Assembly: GCA_002269645.1 (NCBI GenBank)
Contig: NIVC01000059.1
Coordinates: 1,054,001-1,118,000 of the forward strand
Direction: 5' to 3'
Length of the DNA stretch: 64,000 bases
From: Macrostomum lignano
Taxonomy: Eukaryota
This document shows positions 45,566-57,400 of this stretch, one piece after another; position 1 is the stretch's first letter, and each line of letters opens with the position of its first letter. The notes under the pieces are model-generated. The model searched no databases, was not told the DNA's origin, and saw nothing but the letters and a program-made list of their open reading frames with translations. Made by a program: the position numbers and the translations under genes.

Positions 45566-46133
45566 TTTGGTTAGGGTTTGGTTAGGGTTCGGTTAGGGTT
45601 TGGCTAGGGTTTGGTTGGGGTTTGGTTAAGGGTTTGGTTAGGGTTTGGTTAGGGTTTGGTTAGGGTTTGGTTAAGGGTTTGGTTAGGGTTTGGTTAGGGT
45701 TTGGTTAGGGTTTGGTTAGGGTTTGGTTAGGGTTTGGTTAGGGTTTGGTTAGGGTTTGGTTAAGGGTTTGGTTAAGGGTTTGGTTAGGGTTTGGTTAGGG
45801 TTTGGTTAGGGTTTGGTTAGGGTTTGGTTAGGGTTTGGTTAGGGTTTGGTTAGGGTTTGGTTAGGGTTTGGTTAGGGTTTGGTTAGGGTTTGGTTAGGGT
45901 TTGGTTAGGGTTTGGTTAAGGGTTTGGTTAAGGGTTTGGTTAAGGGTTTGGTTAGGGTTTGGTTAGGGTTTGGTTAGGGTTTGGTTAAGGGTTTGGTTAA
46001 GGGTTTGGTTAGGGTTTGGTTAGGGTTTGGTTAGGGTTTGGTTAGGGTTTGGTTAGGGTTTGGTTAGGGTTTGGTTAGGGTTTGGTTAGGGTTTGGTTAG
46101 GGTTTGGTTAGGGTTTGGTTAGGGTTTGGTTTA
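45566..46133 (+). repeat. Interstitial telomere-like 11-bp repeat (TTAGGGTTTGG)n
   Basis: About 50 copies, with occasional TTAAGGGTTTGG variants. Confidence 0.95.
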
Positions 46134-46779
46134 GTTTTTGACTATTAAAGACCCCTTCAGCTTAGGTTTGAAAGAAAAACTTTTTTATATTACTGAAATT
46201 TTTTAAATTTATTGATGAAAAACTGCAATGCAGGCAAAAAAGAATATTCATATTTTTCGGGCAAATTTATGGCGTAGAATTTATTATCCTCACTGGGTAC
46301 GGTAATATGATTATAACTCATGACAGTCGACTCGCCACTATGAAATATGCTCATACCTAAGCTCTAGTTAGTTATTATTTTTGAATAAAAGACATGCACG
46401 GCGATCCAACATTAGCCTAATTTACTTGACCAAATTCAATGAAGTCCTGAGTTGAACTCAAGCTTGTTTGCGAATGTGCTTTTCAAGGAAAACAGAGAGG
46501 CCGTTATTAAAAACTGGCTAATCGAAATTCAGCGATTAAGATAAATTTTTATTTAGATGAATTATCGGCTAATGCATTTCGCTTCCGTACCTGACAGAAA
46601 TAAAAGGACTCTCATGAGAGCCAGTTATTTGCACGGGTAGTGCCATGCATAACAGCTGCGAGGAAATACGACAGGGTCAAAATAAGACTTTGAACAGTTT
46701 GAAGAAAGGTTTGGGGACTTCTGCGTGTCTCTCAGGGATGTTGCCAGGATTTTTGAGGGGTACCAGGCCGGGGCTTTTG

Positions 46780-47420
46780 CACCCTAGGCTTTAGCACCAG
46801 GGGCTTTAGTACCAGGGGCTTTAGCACCAGGGGCTTTTGCACCAGGGCTTTAGCACAAGGGGCTTTAGTTTTAGCACCAACTGGAGCTGTAGCACTTAGG
46901 GGCGCCAGCACCAGGGGCGCCAGCACCAGGGGCGCCAGCACCAGGGGCGCCAGCACCAGGGGCGCCAGCACCAGGGGCGCCAGCACCAGGGGCGCCAGCA
47001 CCAGGGGCGCCAGCACCAAGGGGCGCCAGCACCAAGGGGCGCCAGCACCAAGGGGCGCCAGCACCAAGGGGCGCCAGCACCAAGGGGCGCCAGCACCAAG
47101 GGGCGCCAGCACCAAGGGGCGCCAGCACCAAGGGGCGCCAGCACCAAGGGGCGCCAGCACCAAGGGGCGCCAGCACCAAGGGGCGCCAGCACCAAGGGGC
47201 GCCAGCACCAAGGGGCGCCAGCACCAGGGGCGCCAGCACCAGGGGCGCCAGCACCAGGGGCGCCAGCAACAGGCTCTTTAGCACTTTGGCCGGGGGCTTT
47301 AGCACCATGGGGCTTTAGGTTTAGCACCATAGGAGGGGGGCTTTGGGTTTAGCACCAGGGGCTTTGGGTTTAGCACTAGGAGCTTTGGGTTTAACACCAG
47401 GGGCTTTAGCACCTGCAGCT
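46780..47420. repeat. GC-rich 15/16-bp minisatellite GGCGCCAGCACCA(A)GG
   Basis: 15-bp units flank a central block of 16-bp units; degenerate GGGCTTTAGCACCAG edges. Confidence 0.92.
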
Positions 47421-48932
47421 AGGGGGCGCCAGCTGAGCCCAGCTTTTCTCCAATCGGCAAGCAATAAAAGTTTAGATTTAAATTGCACTCTTTGCAGCAG
47501 CTTTTGACACCTCAATCAATAACGCAGCTGGTGATGCGTGGTGGCGTTTTTAAATAAAAGGGTGCCTTTCAATTAATGTATACTCTCCAGTACATCTTTA
47601 GGTACACGTATAATTAGAGGATCTAGCTCGATCTTCTCTCCCAAGAAAACATGCAAGTTTTTTACCAAGTGGATGATATTCGAGTCCTACATATAAACTG
47701 CAGTATTCTGAATAAATTTACATGTAAAATTAAAGGTAATACTGTGCTGTGCTATTTTATATTCCTTTCTTGGGTTGGTTTCTCTAGCTTGAAATTTGAT
47801 ATTCAGATAGAACACTTAATTCACCCGCATGATGGAACTTAATTTCCTACAACTGAGTACGGTATATAGTCCAATCTTTTCATCGGTATTTAAAGCGCCG
47901 TGTTGAATTATAAAAGTTTAAAGTAGATTCTTACACTTCCAGCTTTTGAAAAATTAGTAGTTTCATCAGGCTTGGAAGTCTAAACTTTGTGAAGCTATAG
48001 TAAGGAGCTATACATGTACATTTAAATATATACGACACAATAGAAATGTACATCTATGATCTATATGATTCCACATCGCTCGCAATTGATAAAATTTCGA
48101 GCTTGAATTGTCCCATATATTTAATTAAAAAGCTAACTCTAGTTTGTTATATTTTAATTTCTACGCAAGTATGCTCTTTTGTTAAAGTGAGTCTTAAGGA
48201 GCAAAATTAAATGGGTAAAGTTTCTTCGAAACAATGTAAATAGTATTTTTCGTTAGACCTCCCTGATTTCACTCTACTCTACTCCATTTCATCCATCACA
48301 GTTAATCGCTATGAAACTGTCTATATAATAAGTGGTTATCCATATGATATCTAAAAGAATTTGATGACGTATTATTAGCACAATCATTCCCAATATACTA
48401 ATGAGTAATGATAAATATGGTGGCCAATACAGTACAGTGTAAGAGTGAGACCAAGATGGCCACAACATTAAATCTCTATAATATCTATTTGATTTCTACC
48501 AATAATTAGCAACTTAGTAGCTATTGTTACATTAATTATTATGTTTAATCATTCATATTCATAAAAACTGTCATACTAATACATCAAATATTAGATTTGA
48601 AACTAATTACCTATAATATAATACAAAAACTTTAATCTTTTTCTGTGTTTGTGCCAATGTATTCCCTATCATTACATCTATCAAATCTATCACTATCACT
48701 ATCAGTTTATCAAGAAACCATTGCTAGTGTCTAGTGGTAACAGTATGCAAAAATTGGGATAAATAAAATATGCAACAAGGCTATTTGCTTTTTTATTTAG
48801 TAGATAGATATCTATAGGCCAGGCTACAATAAAATCTAAAGCCAAATGGAATGGTTATAATGTAATATATGCCTAATTCTGTTATAGCATTTATATCCTT
48901 AAATACCCTTCCTAATTAATCCTATTACTAAT

Positions 48933-49235
48933 CCCTATTGCAGCGCATGGCTTAAGTACACCAGACCAGATGCCTACACAATATGCGCCACGCTGTGAAA
49001 TGACTTACCTGTGAAAGAAACCCTAAAGCAAAATTAACGCAGTTTTAGGTAAACGGCAGGAGTAACTATGACTGTCTTGTCAAGCCTAAATGCCTCGGCA
49101 TCTAATTAGTACTACGCCCGTATTCTATGGGGTGGCATTTTTGCGACTTATCCCTGGTCCACCACCAATGCTGCGCCACGCAGGCTGATCCGCGCCGGAC
49201 GCCGTCCGCCAAAATGCCCATGCGCTGCAATCAGG
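48933..49235. mobile_element. 303-bp MITE (18-bp TIR, 8-bp TSD) carrying a 28S rRNA fragment
   Basis: TIRs CCCTATTGCAGCGCATGG and CCTGATTGCAGCGCATGG (rc). TSD TTACTAAT at 48925-48932 and 49236-49243. Confidence 0.85.
49048..49110 (+). pseudogene. Degenerate 28S (LSU) rRNA fragment from the R2 target region; not a functional rRNA gene
   Basis: GGTAAACGGCAGGAGTAACTATGACTGTCTTGTCAAGCCTAAATGCCTCGGCATCTAATTAGT versus the conserved eukaryotic GGTAAACGGCGGGAGTAACTATGACTCTCTTAAGGTAGCCAAATGCCTCGTCATCTAATTAGT. Confidence 0.85.
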
Positions 49236-49409
49236 TTACTAATAGGAGATAAGTGAAATATATAGATCTAATTATTTATCTATACATTTAGAGCTATGGC
49301 CATCTTGGTAAATGGTCATCTTGGTCATATGCCATAAATACAACATACTTACATACAAGTTCTATTATACTACTAGCTAGTACTAATGCTAGCAGTAGCA
49401 GTACTAATA

Positions 49410-49780
49410 GGGGGGCTATAGCCCAGTGATAGTGCAGCTGCTCTGATGTGTCAAGGACCCAAGCTTGATTCCAAGTGCAGTTGCATTAATTTAGGGCTGA
49501 ATTGGAATCTTGGCTTGGCTCCACTCGTCTTGTGCAATTAACGGCCTTGAGAGCCAACCTCCAAGGCACAGTGAAGTGTACATGCCTAACAATAAAATAA
49601 AGTTAGGGCCACTATACACTCCTATATGAGTGTATGCCTGTGTATATATCCGCACACTTGTATGCCTGCTCACGGAAGTCGGCAGAATGGGCAGTAATGC
49701 CTCTCGTCAGTTGTGTGCCTATGTCGCTTAAAGTGCGGCATTGTGCATACAACCCCTTGTCTCTAATAAAAAAGCAATAC
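49410..49780 (+). mobile_element. Decayed tRNA-derived SINE
   Basis: Head GGGGGCTATAGCCCAGTGATAGTG...GCTTGATTCC resembles tRNA A and B boxes. A-rich tail near 49765; possible TSD GCA(G/A)TACTAAT. Confidence 0.5.
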
Positions 49781-51483
49781 TAATGCTAATGCTTAGTTTA
49801 GATTCTTAATTGGAAATAGGTCTATCTTTTATTATTACTATTAATACTACCTATAAAGTTCTAAACTTAGGTCTATAGTAATATAAAAGCCAACCCCTAC
49901 CCAAAGGCCAAGCCAAAGCAAGGTATTAAGAATATCATATATTATACAATTATGAATTATGACAATTTAAGTCCAGGCTACTAGCTATATATATGTATCA
50001 GTGTTAGTGATCATAATATTATTTATATAGTTTGGATCATATAATGCTTTTAAGCTAAAAGAAAAATTTTGCTTTTCTTATAAATATCATTATGACTTTT
50101 ATTTTTCCCATTTATCAATTGTTGTTATACTAAGGAAATATTCAAATAAGCATATGCAAAGTCTATATCAACTCTAGGCTCAAGTGCTAAAAAGCACTAT
50201 TAGCTTGCTAGGCTTCATTCCTTATAACACTTAATTGTAAGCTTTGTAGCCTTGACTATCCTTGTTAAACTAAGGCTAAGGCCTAATATAATTAATTTAA
50301 TATATGATCTAGACTAGATATAAACTAGGCTTATGCCAACTAGCTAGGCCAAATATTATTTAAAAGTAGGATATAATAAATCTTTTAAATTTTTTAATAT
50401 TTCAATTTATAGACAATTTTTTATAAAATAAGATTTAATTGAAATTTTGATATTTTAGTCTCTATGCATTTTGTAAGAGACCACACTCCTGAATCAAAGA
50501 TGGTTGTAAGGGGGAGGTGCACAGGATGCCCTCCTATAGAGTTAATTTTTTTTAGATGGAAAATACCCTATTATGCATATATATAATATACATATATATG
50601 TACCTTAATAATCTGCACCCCTTTTCAAAATTTTCTAGATTTTACCTATCCCAAATCTTATATATTTGTCAGAATTTCAGTATACAACAGATGTGAAAAA
50701 AATAGTTGGCATGCCATAAAGTATCTAGCATATGGAACAATCTGCTAGAAAATTGTGCCTTAGAGCCAGTGTATAGCATAGCTATATAGCATATAGATTG
50801 TGGTGTATTTAGGATGGGGGGCAAAGAGGGTGGCTGCCCTCTCTCCTTGTGGCTAGCAATGATGGTGCCCAATTTCCTTTGCCCATAAAAAGGTCCTTAC
50901 CACCCTTAGTTTGCTTAGTATAGTACCCTTCTAGTTTATCATGATGCCCCTCTAATGTATATTATAGTGCCCTTACTCAGTTAAAATCTGCCTCCCATTT
51001 TTTATTTCCAAATCTGCCTCTATTATTAAACACTTTCTTAGGCCTAGGACCTTTCAATAGAAAAGTATAATCATTATGACTATTGCATTCATTCACAATA
51101 TATTAAATCTTCAATATACTTATACTAAATTACTAAAAAGATATAAGAATGATTTTTTAGTTTTTTAAATCAAACTTAAATAATGCAAGTTTTTAATTTA
51201 TGATGCATAATTTATTGAACTGTTTTAAGTTTAAGAGTAATAGAAAGCATAATGGAATTATTTAAATAGTAATTATAAACTAATGAAAACTATAAGACAT
51301 ATGCTAGATATTTTAGTATAAAATCTCAATATTTCTTCTAGCCAGACTTCTAATTGGTCAAAATTTATTGGTTTTAAGATTTTCTAGATCAAGCTTCAAA
51401 AAATATTATCAATGCTATTTTAATGTTGTGTCAAATTAGACTAACAATCTCGCTTTTGTTTTTGATGATAAAATTGCGTAAAA

Positions 51484-54400
51484 ATGGTCATCATGAATGC
51501 CAATATTGTTTATATGATGTTTTCTTCAATTGTTGCATTGACCTCTGGTGAAACACTTCGTCTCACTATTGTAAGTTTCAATTTGCAAATTTACTCTTTA
51601 CACTTTACCCAAAAAAAGATTCTAAAGGAAGATGTCATTCAATATTTTTTTTCTACCTGAACATATCGCCTACCTCTACCTGAAGGTGTCCCTGAAGATA
51701 TACCCTACCTGAAGATATCCCCTACCTGAAGATATCCCCTACCTGAAGATATCCCCTACCTGAAGATGTTCCCCACCTGAAGATATCCCCTACCTGAAGA
51801 TATCCCCTACCTGAAGATATCCCCTACCTGAAGATATTCCCTACCTGAAGATGTCCCCTTCCTGAAGATATCCCCTACCTGAAGATATCCCCTACCTGAA
51901 GATATCCCCTACCTGAAGATATCCCCTACCTGAAGATATCCCCTACCTGAAGATATCCCCTACCTGAAGATATCCCCTACCTGAAGATATCCCCTGCCTG
52001 AAGATATCCCCTACCTGAAGATGTTCCCCACCTGAAGATGTCCCTTTCTGAAGATATCACTTACCTGGGGATGTCCCTAAAGACTTTCCGCTATAAGCTA
52101 AGGCTGATGTGCACTCTGAAAATTCTGTCATTTTCACTCCCCTATATATACCCACCCTCCTACTAAAATGCTGTAATGATTACTCGCATTTTTAAACTGA
52201 TTTCAAATTGGCGCCCAAAATTTGCATTGGTCAGGCCGACAGAGAGCGTAACGGTACTTTAGTTGGCCTGTGTAACGCTGAGACAGCAAGGTTTGGCCCA
52301 ACAGAAGATTTCTATTCTATTACTGTGAGTAGTGCTGTGGTATTTGACATTTGTTTTCGTAATTAACACTTATTAGATGACAAGGCATCGGTGTGTATAT
52401 ATACTGTCTTAGTTACTCTCGCCGTTTACCCTAATTGACCAATGTTATTTTGTTTAAGGGCGTGGTGGTCAATGCTGCCCCAATTAACGGCTGCGAGCCG
52501 CTGCAGCCACCGCCTTATCCGCGCAACGATTCGCTGGTTTGGATCGCCCTTCTAGCCAGAGATTCAGGCGCCAGCGGCTGCTACTTTGATAGGAAAATTC
52601 TCAACGCACAGAAGGCCGGATTTGGAGCTGCTCTCATTTATAACTATGAGAACACTATAAACGCTATGCAGGCCTCTAGTCGTGAGTTGTTCTTATTTCA
52701 TTTAATTTAGTTTTATTCGTTGCTATAGAAACTAATATTAATGATGCTTGTGTTGCTAAGCAATTCGAGTCGAGGCTGTGGGAAAGGAATAATTATTTAG
52801 TATTGATGCGTTCGTTGCTATGGTAAATAGCATCGTAGCTGTTAGTTGCTAGGGCGACTATTTCCAGTGATTTGGTTTCTAGGGGGACTGCTGCCAGTGC
52901 TTTGGTTGCTAAGGCGAATATTGCCAGTTTTTTGGTTGCTAGGGAGAATGTTGTCGGTTAGTTGCTAGGGCAAATGTTGTCGGTTGGTTGCTAGGGAGAA
53001 TGTTGTCGATTGGTTACAAGGGTGAATATTGTCAGTTGGTTGCTAGGGCGAATGTTGTCGATTGGTTACAAGGGTGAATATTGTCAGTTGGTTGCTAGGG
53101 CGAATGTTTTCAGTTGGTTGCTAGGGATAATGTTGTCGGTTGGTTGCTAGGGATAATGTTGTCGGTTGGTTTCTAGGGTGAATATTGTCGGTTGGTTGCT
53201 AGGGAGAATGTTGTCGGTTGGTTGCTAGGGCGAATGTTGTCGGTTGGTTACAAGGGTGAATATTATCAGTTGGTTGCTAGGGCGAATGTTTTCAGTTGGT
53301 TGCTAGGGAGAATGTTGTCGGTTGGTTGTTATAGAGTGTTGTCGGTTGGTTGCTAGGGAGAATTGCCAGTGCTTTTGTAGCTCTTAGTGTCAGTGGTTTA
53401 GTTGCTAGGGTAAATAGTGTCATTGGTTTGGTTGTTAGGGTGAAATGTATCAATGCTGTGGTTCCTAAGGAGAAAGAGTGCCAGTGCATTGGTCGCTAAT
53501 GAGACTGGTATCTCTGTTTTTGTTGCCATGTGAAGCAGAGCCTCTTGATACGTCTTATTGAATTGCCGAAAAATATTCCAGTTGGCAGCAAAGTGCTCAT
53601 CCCTGCTGCCATGGTAACGCGCTCCTGTGGCACGCTTCTGCAAGAGAAGTTTGTCTACAGTCCAGAGCGGGATTCCCGGTTCAATGTCGCATTTCGCGAG
53701 TACTTCAGCTTCGATTTCAACGTCTACGTGATCTCCTTTGTGGCTATTATCTGCACCAGCTTCATTCTGTTCGCTCTGCTCTGGGTGAGTCTATATGCAA
53801 AAAATGGCAAATTAACAAGCCAAAATGGCACATCTACAAGTAAAAATGGCACATCAACAAAACGAAAATGCAAATCGACAAGTAAAAATGGCACATCTAC
53901 ATGCAAAAATAGCACATCTACATGCAAAAATGGCACATCTACATGCAAAAATGGCACATCTACATGCAAAAATGGCACATCTACATGCAAAAATAGCACA
54001 TCTACATGCAAAAATGGCACATCTACATGCAAAAATAGCACATCTACATGCAAAAATGGCACATCTACATGCAAAAATGGCACATCTACATGCAAAAATG
54101 GCACATCTACATGCAAAAATGGCACATCTACATGCAAAAATGGCACATCTACATGCAAAAATGGCACATCTACATGCAAAAATAGCACATCTACATGCAA
54201 AAATGGCACATCTACATGCAAAAATAGCACATCAGCATGAAAAAATGGCACATCTACATGCAAAAATGGCACATCTACATGCAAAAATAGCACATCTACA
54301 TGCAAAAATGGCACATCTACATGCAAAAATAGCACATCAGCATGAAAAAATGGCACATCTGCATGCAAAAATGGCACATCTACAAGAAAAAAGGCATTGA

Positions 54401-57400
54401 CAAGCGAAAATGGCACATCTACATGCAAAAATAGCACATCTACATGCAAAAATGGCACATCTACATGCAAAAATGGCACATCTACATGCAAAAATGGCAC
54501 ATCTACATGCAAAAATAGCACATCTACATGCAAAAATGGCACATCTACATGCAAAAATAGCACATCTACATGCAAAAATGGCACATCTACATGCAAAAAT
54601 AGCACATCTACATGCAAAAATGGCACATCTACATGCAAATTGGCACATCTACATGCAAAAATGGCACATCTACAAGAAAAAAGGCATTGACAAGCGAAAA
54701 TGGCACATCTACATGCAAAAATGGCACATCTACATGCAAAAATGGCACATCTACATGCAAAAATGGCACATCTACATGCAAAAATAGCACATCTACATGC
54801 AAAAATGGCACATCTACATGCAAAAATGGCACATCTACATGCAAATTGGCACATCTACATGCAAAAATGGCACATCTACATGCAAAAATGGCACATCTAC
54901 ATGCAAATTGGCACATCTACATGCAAAAATGGCACATCTACAAGAAAAAAGGCATTTACAAGCGAAAATGGCACATCTACATGCAAAAATAGCACATCTA
55001 CATGCAAAAATGGCACATCTACATGCAAAAATAGCACATCTGCATGCAAAAATAGCACATCTACATGCAAAAATGGCACATCTACATGCAAAAATGGCAC
55101 ATCTACATGCAAATTGGCACATCTACATGCAAAAATGGCACATCTACAAGAAAAAAGGCATTGACAAGCGAAAATGGCACATCTACATGCAAAAATAGCA
55201 CATCTACATGCAAAAATGGCACATCTAAATGCAAAAATGGCACATCTACATGCAAATTGGCACATCTACATGCAAAAATGGCACATCTACAAGAAAAAAG
55301 GCATTGACAAGCGAAAATGGCACATCTGCATGCAAAAATAGCACATCTACATGCAAAAATAGCACATCTACATGCAAAAATGGCACATCTACATGCAAAA
55401 ATAGCACATCTGCATGCAAAAATAGCACATCTGCATGCAAAAATAGCACATCTACATGCAAAAATGGCACATCTACATGCAAAAATGGCACATCTACATG
55501 CAAAAATAGCACATCTACATGCAAAAATGGCACATCTACATGCAAAAATAGCACATCTGCATGCAAAAATAGCACATCTGCATGCAAAAATAGCACATCT
55601 ACATGCAAAAATAGCACATCTGCATGCAAAAATAGCACATCTGCATGCAAAAATAGCACATCTACATGCAAAAATGGCACATCTACATGCAAAAATAGCA
55701 CATCTGCATGCAAAAATAGCACATCTGCATGCAAAAATAGCACATCTGCATGCAAAAATGGCACATATACAAGAAAAAAGGCATTGACAAGCGGAAATGG
55801 CACATCTGCAATAAAATTGGCTCATCTACAAGCAAAAATGGTATGTATGTAAGCAAAAAATGGCACATCCATTAGCAAAAATGGCATATCTGTTGTGTTG
55901 CTACTCTATGCGTGTGCGTAATTGTGTGTACATTCGATGTACACCTGTTAGCTATCGATCGCATTACAATATATGATATATAAGTGAGAGCGCGGTAAGT
56001 TTGAGAGCTTGAGAGTTTCGCCTACAAACTTGCAGACTGGCTGGCTTATTCATTATACAACAATATCTGCAAGCAAAAAATGGCACATCTAAATGCTAAA
56101 GTGGCACATCTACAAGCAAAAATGGCACATCTGCATAAAAAATGGCACATCTACAAACAAGTGGCAGATCTGCAAGCAAAAATGGCACATCTACAAACAA
56201 AAGTGGCACATCTGCAAGCAAAAATGGCACATCTGCATAAAAAATGTGCCATTTTTATTGCCATTTTTTATGCCATTTTGGCCATAAAAAATGTGCTATT
56301 TTTTATGGCCAAACGAAGCAAACGATTTTTGCTTCGTTTGGCCATTTGCCAAACGAAAATGGCACATCTACAAACAAAAATGGCACATCTACATGAAAAA
56401 ATGGCACATCTACATGCAAAAGTGGCACATCTGCAAGCAAAAATGGCACATCTGCATGAAAAAATGGCACATCTAAATGCAAAAGTGGCACATCTACAAG
56501 CAAAAATGGCACATCTGCATAAAAAATGGCACATCTACAAACAAGTGGCAGATCTGCAAGCAAAAATGGCACATTTACAAACAAAAGTGGCACATCTACA
56601 AGCAAAAAAATGGCACATCTACAAGCAAAAATGGCACATCTACAAGCAAAAATGGCAACATCTGCAAACAAAAATAGCACATCTACAAAGCAAAAGTGGC
56701 ACTTTTTTATTCATCAATGGCACATAAATACTCAAAAAGCGCACTGAAGAGCAAAAATGGCATATTAGAATCCAAAACTGGCAAGTTCACAATAAAAATG
56801 GCACACTGACCCACCTTCTGAATTGCTGAATTCCGCTAGGCATTCCGCTGGATTCGCGACTGGCGCATCAGACAGCGAACCCGTCTGTCCCGGTCCAGTT
56901 TGAAAAAGCTTAAAGTGAAAAAGTTTGAGAAGGGTGAGCAGTTTTTTTTTTAAATATTGGTTAAACAGCTTTATTACTGTTCTCTATTGTCTGTAGTTCA
57001 TTATAATAATCGACCGAATTCCTATTATAACAACACATTGGCTGGCAGGCACTGATCCCTACGAGTGCTGCGCCATCTGTCTCGAAGACTTTGAGCCTGG
57101 CGACAAGCTGAGAATTCTGCCGTGCAATCATGGTGAGCATCTCGTTTGGATTGAGACATTTGGGACAGTGGGATCTGGGACTTCAAAAGGTTCAAGATAT
57201 GAGACTTAGGGTGAGATATGAGAGTTAGGGAGAGATATGAGATATGAGATTTGGAATGAGATGAGATTTTGGGTGCGATATAAGATTTAGAGTGAGATGT
57301 TAGATTTAGAGTGAGATATGTGACTTAAGGTGATATATTAGATTTAGAGTGAGATATGAGACTTCGAGTGAGATATGAGACTTCGAGTAAGATATGAGAC

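Noticed and set aside
46732-47330. Silk/elastin-like GAGAP ORFs
   Set aside because: The array switches between 15- and 16-bp units, breaking frame; no signal peptide or splice context.
49048-49110. Functional 28S rRNA gene
   Set aside because: Only about 63 nt, mutated, and enclosed in a MITE.
53724-56747. ORFs with AHLHAKM, TSTCKNG and CRCAIFA repeats
   Set aside because: 21-bp intronic satellite inside the RNF13-like gene; the true exons flank it.
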